The notes below the pieces were generated by a model that had not been told where the DNA came from, did no database searches, and saw only the letters and a program-made list of their open reading frames with translations. Positions 24,014 to 36,000 of a stretch of 64,000 bases of DNA are shown one piece after another (positions within the stretch are counted from its first letter, which is position 1; the number at the start of each line of letters is the position of its first letter). The stretch comes from Balanoglossus misakiensis (lineage: Eukaryota; Animalia; Hemichordata), in NCBI GenBank assembly GCA_040954595.2, contig CM082580.2:7294390-7358389 (forward strand), in the 5' to 3' direction. The position numbers were made by a program, and so were the translations under genes.

Positions 24014-27000
24014 TGTCATCATCAAATTGTATTTTGGGGACAACACTTCATATCTCAGAAACTGCCAGCCCGATTTCTTTAAGATTTGGTTTGCAGGCTA
24101 CTGGACTATTCTAATTAATATGTGCAAAAAAAATAACAAAAGTAAGTTGAAAATTTACTGGTATGAATCTAAATACAGTAGTGATGTACCGGTATGTGAC
24201 ATCTGAATATAACAAGTTTGATCAAATGGAAGCACAGTGTCCAAGGCACTAGTAGTAGTTAGTAGCAGTACATTTATTTTGTATCTTACTTGTTTGCTAC
24301 ATCATGTACCTATTCCATCACAACAGTGATACAATATTGACCAGATCTACTTTGATCGAGGGAGATGCTAATTTACTGAAGTACACATAACAGCTATCAT
24401 CTGCAGGCCCAAAGCTGCATGCAGATTCATTTAAACCTTCTCGCAGTGTGCACATGTTGTTAGCTGGAGATGAGGATTTGCCAGCGAGAGTTCCCAAAGG
24501 ATGAGAACATGCTACGGAGCACTTAAAACTTTAAAAAGTAGCCTTAATTGGCACTTGTTATAATAATCCCCTGAAGAAGGAAGTGTTTACGATGAAAGTG
24601 CTTGGTCTAGTGAACTACACATACCGTATGCTTCATCCTTGATGCATACCTGCATAATTCTGCTTTTATGGGTATAAACGGCAATCATATCCTTCATGGG
24701 TGTTTGCTGATATTTATATCGGTAAGTTGTGGAACAGGAAGTCAGTGACGAAATCAGTCCGTTTGAACTGATCGACTTTTACGCACTTGTAAGGTGTCTA
24801 TCCAGATGACCTTGTACGGATGCACCAATTCCTCCATCAATCTATAATCTGTATGACAGGACGGATTAGAGTTCACAGAGGGCCCCGTAGAAGTTAACTT
24901 TACTCACTGTTCTTGCATGCTCAAGTTCACAACAGCCACATTGGTTTCGTTTTACGGCACTTTTATTCTGACCTTTTGATCACAAGTCTGTGTTGGCGCA
25001 ATATCCACAAAAAGTACGTTTAATGCAACCAACATCCACACAGCCCAAGAAGCAAGCCTGCTGGCAAGCTTCGCACCAGGGAATTGCAAACTCTAATGCC
25101 GGTGTTATGAAACACACGTCGACTCCTTTAAATGAATTTCAGGAAAGCGTCTTGGCTGACGCGCCGGTAAATGAGAGAAATTCACATCATATGACACAGA
25201 CTGTTCAATGACAATGAAGAATAGGCTCGGCTATCAGAAACCGATGGAATTCCTAAATGCATTTGATCAAAGGTGGAAAGGGAAGTCATTTCACGTGTTT
25301 CCATTATAAGTGGCTGGGCTCGCGGATGAATAAATTATACGTACTGAACACTGGGCTCAGTCGGTTCATTCTTGGGAACGTACATATACACGCACCTCTG
25401 TAAATGATAATATCCCCCTTTAAGGCCATAATTATTCTCTTTATCTGACAAATTATTTTTACATTGTCTGGACTAAAGTATATACATCCTCTCATTTCTC
25501 AAGAGGTTATCTGCTATCAAGTTTTCTTTGCGGTTTTACGTTTCGGCGTTCAACTCCGGTTCAAAATAAACCTGCGTCGATCGCCGTCAACCAGGACACA
25601 TTTTGCAGTTTCAGGTGATGCCTCTAATTGGAGTCCATTGGCTAGATCTTAGTGATTTGATTTACTTTCCGATGCAACCAACATTTCCCTGTCAGTGATG
25701 ATAATCTGAATTGATTGCTTCCCACCTGACATTATTTATCTCCATCAGATTCAGACTCGTCGGCATGAACTCGGAAAATTCACACGGGGGAAAATCATGC
25801 ATTATAAAGCATGTGTTATGTATACCTTGGAAGCACAAACAGCATGGTGAAGGAATTCTACGCACATTAAAACACACACCCTGACACAACGTAGTGCTAT
25901 ACACCCTACCATGGAGACAGAGACTGATGCACCTTGATCAGAGAGAGCACAAACAAGCTTCCGTGAGGAAATAAACACCTTGACAACTTGAAAAGGGGAT
26001 GGTCATACCAGTATGTAAAAGAGGAACCGTCTCGCAGAAGGAATCAGGCACACGTCAGAAGAGGGGAGCTTTAACCCTTTCACCACCATGGTTCAGCCCA
26101 AACCCACTGTTTTCTATAGTAAGGTTGGACCTCTAAAGAGTGAAATGGGGGTGAAAGGCTTAAGGCATACATGGTAATGATATAAACAGTATTTTTTCCT
26201 CATGAACTATATAACATAAAACACATATGCAGGCTGATATACATTTTAAATTGATAATCTTTACTAGCAACAGACTATGTGGATATATAAGTATTTTTTG
26301 AGTCATAAATCTAACTTGTCACTCGCGTCTGCGTTGAATTCAATGTTCTCAGAACAGCGATGATTGGGGTCTCTGTGTGTGTGTTTTCATCCTGTGTCGA
26401 CCAATTTCAATAAGTAATTGTATCGTGTTGTTCTCAGCTTGAAACCAATTCAGTGCCGCGGCACTTAATCACACACCCAGAGCCGTAAACTAAGGCTAAA
26501 TCAGATAGGCTGTCTGCATTACACGTCGGAACCATGCCGTGTGTTCTTATGGACCATGAATACGACTTGTACAATCAAAGGAAACATAATTACGACTGAA
26601 TTGCCGGCCGCCGTAGAAAACACCTTTTTTTTAACCCTAATTAATTCCCTTTCGTCCTTAGCACACACCCTTTCAAATTATTTCGTCAGAACATAATAAC
26701 GAAACATGCGAGCTGACATTGCTAGTACTCGCCTCTCGCGGTCGTCATTTATTCGATGCATTTTTTTCTTTCACGGCCAGAAAAAATATTCGTTGAATGA
26801 GTATCTTTGTGTTTGAGTGTCGATGTTCCTTCTCGCTTTGCACCGCGCTTGTTTTGATAATCGTTTCTGCCCAAAAGAACGATTTTCATAAAAAGACGCG
26901 TCATTCAGGATCGGGACAAACGGGCAAATGTATTATGGCGTGAACAGAGCAGGCTTGCCTGAGGGAGGGAAGAGTCTATTTATAAAGCTACTGTAGAAAG

Positions 27001-30000
27001 TGCCGCTGGAATTACACAATTAGAAGCAGTAGTTTATTCTGCGAGAGAAGTACAAACACACAGTGTTCATACGAAACCCTTTTGTAATGTGATATTTGGC
27101 CAGTGTTTTGTGCGCAGAGTGCAAAGAAACTAAAAATATTGGTGGTCAAATTTTTTATGTCATGCGATACACCCCTATTATTGCTTCTAATATAATAATA
27201 GAATTCTACATGACGCAAGCTTCCCTTTCTCTCCCATTCAGAACAACATTCTCTTTGTATCACACAGTATTATTTTTACTATTGTGTGCATTCAAGATAT
27301 GCTTAAACAATCTAGCGCAAGTCTAGCCAAATTTATATTCCCTAGTTTCATGTTTCTCCTCAATTTTCCACACTTAAAAAAAAAATCATTTACAAATCTC
27401 ACTTTGTATTTAATTCAATTTCCCCAGAACACCAACAGCATGGACAGGTAAATTGCGGTTACCTTGCATAGAGTATGGGGGATATTTTTTAAGAAGTTCA
27501 TTATTGCGATGCTTGTATTCACAACAGCACGGCAGTATTGAACAACAATAAAATGAGACTCAGTGTTTGTGACCTGAGCACACGATGGAAATGGAGAAAC
27601 ATAAAAACTGTCTTTTTTGGGGTAAGAAACTGCCTCTCTAAGAGTCTGTGAAATATGGTCGGCTGTCAGAAAATGGGGCTTCAGCTCTGCTTTATAGGCA
27701 GACAGCGATCGCCAGATCTGCAAACTGGAGTGGATGAAAACAACAAGCTGTTTTTTTTCAATCCCGCGTCAGCAAGACCAAATGCTGCGTATGGCTTCTT
27801 GTACAAAATTAGGGGAAGAATAATCTCCAAGGCGTCTGAAACTCAGAATGATATAAATACCGTACAACCCTGACTCCTATTTATAGCGTGTTAAACTTGG
27901 TGGTGGAGCACGACATGATACCGGTACATGGTTGCATGTATTCTTTTGAAAATAGACTTTGTCAATTAGAGCTGTGTGAATGCACACTCCCCGCACTTTC
28001 CCACTCCGATGACATGGAAGTGACAGAAAGTGAGTTGTTTTGTTGATAAAGGAAGCGTGACCCTGGTAGCATCACATAAATTTGGTATGCCTAGACACAT
28101 AATAATTTCTGTACAGTGCCCACTGTCAATCCGATGTGATTTGAAAATAATCACACACTCATTATTTTATCTTGTTTGTAAATGGCAAACAGTCAAATAT
28201 TAACAGCATCCAGTCTAAAATAAAACAGGTACAAAGTAAAAATGTAATTTTCTACATTTTTGTCAGGTTATATACATTTTTTTTATTTAAGGAGAATATC
28301 CAGATACCATATTCGTCAAATCTCCAACTCTCTTCACATGCAAATTTAATGAGAACACTGATTAGTGTTTTCCACATTAATACTGTCATGTCAGATATGA
28401 AATATTTTAAATCCCAAAATCCCAAAGGGCCTGCCCTCTTTTCAGTTACGTTACATATTTTTTTTGTTTCACAGATCATTATATCATCTTTTTCACATCA
28501 TTGACATCCTATAAATTAATGTGAATGTTTATCTTGATTTGTGCCCTTTTCACTTAAAAAGCTCACTTTCTCATTAAAGATACAGTGAATATTATCAGTA
28601 TATATATTTAAAGAGTAAATTTTCTGCGCAAACAGCGTGTGTGTTAATTCCCCTGGTTACACAAACCCGGCGATCTGATCCTTATCGTAAATGGCAACAA
28701 CTTACTTTCTCCACATCAGCTTTCTCGCCGGAGTCGCTTTCTGCCGACTTCTTTTTCAAACCTAGCTTATCTCGAATGCGATCCATCCTGGGGTCTTGGC
28801 ACACTCGCTGCTACGGCAGGCATTTAGGCCGGGTTTTATTCCAAAAACTCACTCTCGTGAGAGACGGCCATTACGACGAGGCAAATTGCCACTCCAGCGG
28901 CATTTGACGGTCTCGGATCCAAATCAGGTGTAACAGTGATGCGATCCCGCAGACCCCGATTTTCAGTGTCACACTTGACTAACTCCAATTACAGACTCGA
29001 TCTACATAATAGATTCAAACTCACTCGCTTAGGGGGGATCAATATTCAAATAACGGGTAATCCGAATCGTACCGGGGAGCTTCGTTAACGGGGCTGCACA
29101 ATTGCCTGATTTGCGCACACCGATATTACTACCGTTATCATTTAAGCGTCCCGAAACACTGATAAGAACTCCAATATAATTAGCCAGAGTAAACTGAGAT
29201 TGCTATGCTGAAGTTGGCATCTGGTTACGGTTGTTTTGATCATTAGAACTGATTAGAGCTGTTCTGTATCAACACATTCTGGGGGGTGTCCTGCTTCGAA
29301 CATGTCTAAAACACATGTGTACACATTTGTAAAGAGATTTTACACAGTGTCAGTTTTGAAGCAGGATGCCCCCTGTGGTACATGTTGATACAGAGCTATG
29401 TAATCAGTTATAATGATCATTGCAAATGTAACCATATGCCGACTTCAGCATAAAAATCTCAGTTTACTCTGGCTAATTATATTGGAGTTCTTATCAGTGT
29501 TTCGGGACGCTTAAATGATAACGGTAGTAATGCCAATGCATTCAAATCGGTGATTCTGTGAGACGAGAGAGCCGGGGAGGGGACGAGAAAGACAAGACGG
29601 AAAAAAAAAATCAATCGCGGCGCAAAAAACGACATAAGCAGCTTTTCTGTTTCGCAATAATTCCCCCATTAATTCCATCGATGAACTGTTGCAACATTTT
29701 TAGTCGCTAAAGGCAGTGGAAGTCCACTTAATTGAATCAAAATCAAGCTTTTAATAGCCGCAGCTTTCTGCCAAATTGACCTCATGTGTACTTTTCAATC
29801 CATCTAACCACTTTGACGGTGTTGCAAACTGCAGCTATAGTTCCCTGCAGTTGGCAGAGAAGCGTTTGTGTGTGTGTGTGCCATCGTCGACATCAGATGT
29901 TTGCTAAAAGAGAGAAATTTATATCGTGACAAATTTCATGACTGAATTGATAGCACGATACGTCGGCAAAACGTAAAGACATCTGTGTATATTCTGTGGT

Positions 30001-33000
30001 GTGTACATAAGTGCTTAAAATGGTATCAAAGCATACCAAATGTTGAATCTAACAATTTAATTTAAACTGAGCATTTCCCATCAACTGTATTTGTTGAGTA
30101 TGGTGGCTATGAGCCTGAAAACTTTCACTGTTCATGCACACCACAGAATCATTGATCGTTTACCGATGAGTTTTACTCAGAAAACAACTTCCGCTATACC
30201 CTCCAGTACATGTATGTTATCATCGATGTCGCAAATATATCTCTGGTCCTGGAGGCGAAAAAAATGTAAGGGTGGTTTTAATTCAGTTTGAGGTTCAACA
30301 CAGGTTTATAGGAAAAGGAACAAATGCACAGGATAGATAAAAAGTGTATCACGTCATGGAGCTGATGATGACGTCACAGCAATGTCAAGGGTCAACTGAC
30401 ACACCGGGACTTCAATATCTTGAAATCAAGTCAGCTAGTCAATTCAAATGAGTGTTAAATTATGCATGGCAATTTCAGAACGGACAATTTGATCATGAAT
30501 TGCCAGCACTTGACCTTTCAACGCAGGTGATTTTCACCCATACATCAATAAGGTTTCTTCAATGAATATTTTATCATGGTTTATCTTGAACTTACTTTCT
30601 TGTCAAATCCGGGAAATTGCTCAAAATGTTTATTTGTTCTTCAGATGGAACCACAATTTCCCGAGGACTTTTTCTCTGCACTTGATGCACCTTCTTTTCC
30701 GTTTAATCTCAGCCAAATGAATACAAACATCCAGACCAATAAAAAACTGCAACAACTGAACTGTATCACCACAAATCCTGAACAACCACCCCTACTACAC
30801 ATAATGGAATGTGCCACTGAGAGGGAAGAAGTAGTGAATTACCTCCCCACCAAAGCATAAGTTGATCCGAAAAAGAGTATAATAAACACTGGTCTTTCTG
30901 GAAGAATTTGGCTTAAAGGATCAACGTCTTGTCAACAGAGACTTACACATAAATAAGTGATAAATTAGCTGTATGAGCTAAGAGGAGGGACGGAATTATA
31001 AATTTCAAGAACAGGTCCCTGGCACTTCTCAAATTAAATCCTCACAAAACTAGACGGAAAAGTCATCGGGGTAATCGTAGATGCCAAATTCTTTATCGTC
31101 CAGAACTGGAAGACAATATTTCAAAAGGAACTCTGTTAAAACAATATCAGTGAAAATCTGAAATGATATTACACTTTGGAGATCGTGACTTGTTCTCAAC
31201 CGTTCCTTTCTGTTTCAATACATCGAACTTCGTACGATCCACTCCGACTGAAACAAACTGGGTCAGTGACCCGCTTTAATTGATTCAAGGAGACTGGACG
31301 CAATTAGCTAGAAAACATGCGCTGACTCTCTGAATAAACCCTATTTAAGGATTACTTCCTGTTTGACGGTAATGATGAGCTAATGGCCGCCAGTTGACAG
31401 CAAGTGGCCTCGCTGGGATGACTCCTAATGTGGCTGTGACGGTTCGCTTTGAATGCGAATCACTGCACAGTGCGCGCGTGTCTCCACCGCGTTGCACCGC
31501 TAAAAAACAACCCCACGGTTTCTGAAGCGCAAAAGGGTGAGGATGTCAGCGCCGACTTGAATAATGCTTAATTTACTAAACAGTTCCATTGTGTGAAAGT
31601 CAGCCTTTGCAGTGCAACGGAACGGGGCGGATATAATGACTCACTCTGTTCACGTCTCGGTACCAGGCACTCATCGAAGACACTTAAAACAAGTTGGTAA
31701 ATGATCGCGCAGTCATTCCGATAGAACTTGATTTGTATTAAAGTTTGATTTCTCTCTAACATGGAAACAAGTTTACACAACCCCTGTTTAGAATCAGCAG
31801 ATTATCAGAGTTTCTTTGTACGTACTTCAGTGGTAACTGAAACCCTTATGCCCACATATACTATTATGATTCCTTTACTAAACTCTGCAATGAAATATAA
31901 ATACAAATGTATTACAATCCTGTGCTCTTGCTGGCACTCCTAATGCTTGCAAATTACAAGCAAATACATGTGACTTTTGAGGCACATATGATATTTTATA
32001 CTGATATGAAGTGGTTGATAACTGCGTCAAGCAATAAAAAAGAAATCTCGAAAAAGCGCGGGAGAGCACATATATCGAAGTATTACTATAATCTGTTCCA
32101 TCATTTACAGTCCTTTGGCAAATTGAAATTCGTCAACCATAAAGAAGTCTCTGTATTGGCTGATGTTTGAGTGCGCGCACTAATTATAGAAACTTTCTGA
32201 GTTTGCTCAGTGATGGTCAGGTAATAGCATCATCAAGCTATCATCACACACGAATGCTGGAAAACGAGTGCACTGGATGATAATAATAGTCTGATACAAA
32301 TCATAAAACCATGCATGGAAGAAAGCGGTCATTGTGCAGATATGGCTTTTGGGTTCATTTGAAAAGTGAGTTAATTGTTTTTCATTATAAATGAGAGAAC
32401 TGTCTCCGCAAAAACCTTATTATTATCCATAACCGTATTTTTTTTTATATCAAATGTATTTTATTTCACTGCCTATATATAAGCAGGTTGGAATGCCCAT
32501 CACTTGGTTTGACAGCACTGAGTCTTGACATGTAAGAGAACATCATGTAAGACCAACAATTCTGTTTGCCCTTAAACAGGTTTTTACTTTGTGCTAAGGG
32601 GGTCAAAGTACATTATTATTATTGCATTCTGGGTAAAAGGTCAACAACTCACTATGGTAAGAAATAGAAGAAATGATATATTGACTGTATTTCTAGTGAG
32701 TAGTCGACCTTTTACCCAGAATGCAATTATTATAATGTTATTTGACCCCCTAGCTCAAAGAACAAAAATGTCTAAGGCAGCCAGAATTCATGGTGCCATT
32801 TTTACCAGAGTATTTTGAAGAAGAAAAATATGTCAACAATGGCACAAGAGTGTCAAGAAAACACGAACACAAACAAACAAGATGTTTTGCCTGAAGTTTT
32901 ATCTGCAGTTCACAGATGCACTGTAATACTAATAGATGGGGAAAACAGTTCGGACAAAAAGAAATCTAAAAATATTACATTCAATAGACTGATCCAATTT

Positions 33001-36000
33001 GCAAATCAAAATTACGCGGAGCCACGGCGATGGTGAGAAATAATACGCAAGGCCTGCTAAAAATATCCCCTTTAGTTCTCGCCTTTATTCGTGGACGCTG
33101 TAACAACATTACTCTGTATTCAAGCCCAACGCTAGGAGAACTCTAATTGATTCGGTGTATATTAGATGCTGTTAAATGTTCATACAAAACGTAAAAGCCA
33201 CGCAGACAACCGTGGTACAGAACCGCTACACGCACATTATCAACACATGTAAAATTATTCCCGACACAAAGCTTTTCTGTGTAAATTGATTTATTTTTAT
33301 GACATTATATCGGAGTAGGGTATAATTACTTTTGTTGGCTGAAACACGAGAAGGCAGTCGGCTTCCATTCTTGTCGAAAGGCGGTTTCTTTATTTAGCGA
33401 GACTCTGTGGGTCTCGCATTAATTCCTGACACGACTGTGACTCACACACCAACCGCAGACTACCTTATGTGTTCGATTTATTTTTTGAGATAAATTTTAT
33501 CTCGCTTGAGATTTTTTTTCTCCTCTGTTTGTTACATTTCTGTAGGCAAAATTTGAGAAGCCACTGCTATTCAAAAGATGTTTTCGCAGAAACTTGGCTC
33601 CACCCAAGGAAAATTGTCGATACCAGGAAAAAAAATCGATGACTGGGATATGTAATTCAATAATTATTATTGCATAAGCAAGGTAGAAGTGACTGTTCTT
33701 TCTCGGCATTTTCACAGAGACTTCTCCGTAAATTCTGTCAAACAGTTGGCCCACTAAATGCAAACACCGTTGTTGATTTTACTAATTTCCTCACCTTTTA
33801 GCACAACACTGTTCAAGAATACATGTTTCGAACAATGGAAGGTGGTCTTTTCAAAGAAAAAAAATATCGCACTTGCCTGAAGCAATGTTATATCAGCTCT
33901 GATATCTTGTTGATTAAAAATTAACATTATTCTTATCACAGGAGTAGTTTTACTTCAGATCTCAATTTTCTTAAATCGCTGGTAGTTTAGATCAATATTT
34001 TCACATCAACTGTCAATGTATATTGCCTGTGGTTGATTTGGGTTTATCTCACAGCCCTAGTTACGCACTGAACACACTCTATGTTCAATCCAACGCTATG
34101 CTATGTGTGGAAATTTAGCTGACAATCTAGAGGATCCTGTTCATCTACCGTACAGCAACTTTTGTCTCTCTTTTTTTTTTACATCACTGTGTTATTTGAC
34201 ACAACAAAACTGGAACTGAGCCACTGTTTCTTTTCACCAATAAAATCTACTTGCTGCCGTTCCCATACCGGTACATATTCCTCAAATCGTGTCCATCAGT
34301 AAAGGGGGATAATTGAAGTCAAACACTGTGTACAAATCAGATGCAATTGCCACGTTGATTGCCCTGAATTGAACAGATGACCTAAAAGACAAAAACCCCC
34401 ACGGCCATCTCGTCACCCAAACTGATAGATACAAACTCGGCTCAAACTGTGTATCTGTTGACATGGCAACCGTGGAGATAAAACAACCAGGGCAAGTGAG
34501 ACATCTTTGGGGTTCACAAAAGTGAAACAACTCATGTCACTGTCGGTTCATTTATGTTGAAATAAAAGAGGGAAACAGAACTGTTTTATTTTATTTTTCT
34601 ACAATGTACCGGGTACTCTATGCTTGAATAGTATACAACCAGAAAATTCTGCACACAGGTTTTACACAAATTGCTTGTAAACAAACAAGCAGTTCCTAGC
34701 TTCCCGGGATAACATTTACAACAATTATGATATCTCATATTACACATGAAGTCCACTAGGATGATGTCAAACCATTTTATGGTCACCACCTCACCACGCA
34801 CAAGACACATACATGTGTATGCACACACCATTTCTTTTTATTGACCCAGGGCCTCAAAACATGTCCTGCCTCAGTTTGAGTATACGACCCAAGACTATTA
34901 CAGCTTTCACTTCGCATCATCATAACCACAAATTTAATTCACACATTTTGCCGTTGTTTCCATTGGGAAAGCACCAATGCCCAACGTCTGAAATTATAAA
35001 CGGGCCACTGATCAGCCAACATAAAACTTTTACTGCTTAAAGGTATTCCCTCATAAAAACACCTTCGGTTCTGACTTCTGACAAGATGTGTATGCGTACA
35101 TGCAATAAATGTCTGTCAAATAAAATAGGCTGGCTTCAACTCGAGATTTCTCAAAATCTCTGATCTTTTGAGAGTCTGTACACATATTTTGTGTTGTTTC
35201 TAGCGTCTCAGTGATATCATGAACGGTTTTTCTTTTAACTTCCCATAAAGATCTTACAGTTGCAAATAAACACAGATACATCGACAGCAAACAAACAAAA
35301 AACACTTTATGAAAAAAAAAACATGGCTCCATCTTGCCTCCCGTAATTGAATTTTCAGATCTCCACTCCCCGGGAAAGTTTCGTGATTGAATTACGACCA
35401 ATTACGGAGGAAAAACGTTCCGCAAAAAAAAAAAAATCTCTGTGTGATCCGCAGCGACACGTAATTACACATCAAAATAATGTGGAGCTCTGGAAGTCTG
35501 TTGTAAATGTTCACATCACAGATGATGCAGAACTTGCCAAATTGGTGAATTGATTTTCAACGGTCAGTGATCTCATTGATGCAAAATTTCTCCCTTTTTT
35601 CTGTGAAATCTCTTTTCAAATGAAATCAGCCTGTCTTCCGTATAGCCATCACATATCTATTTACAAATACGTCTGAAAAGGAAACGAACGACAGTACGCG
35701 GACATATTTTTAGACGTCGAAATAAAAAGGCGGGAAACAAAGGCAACGGAGACAGAAACGCGTCAAATTATCAGACGCTTCTTCGAAAGGGCCAAACAAA
35801 CCAAAAGAGGGTCATTACCATGGAAACAAATGTATTTCTTTTTCTCTTTTACCGACCTCTTAAGCTCCCGCGGTGACGGAAAATTCAAAATCTGTGATTT
35901 GTTCGGCTTCGTGACCTCAATTAGAAACGACTTCACTGACAATTTTACTTTAAATTTTTTTTTTCTTTGGAGGATACTACAAAGTGCGATGTCATTCTCA

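Noticed and set aside
23780-24206. Poly-Met and poly-Ile ORFs
   Set aside because: Artefacts of the (CAT)n microsatellite
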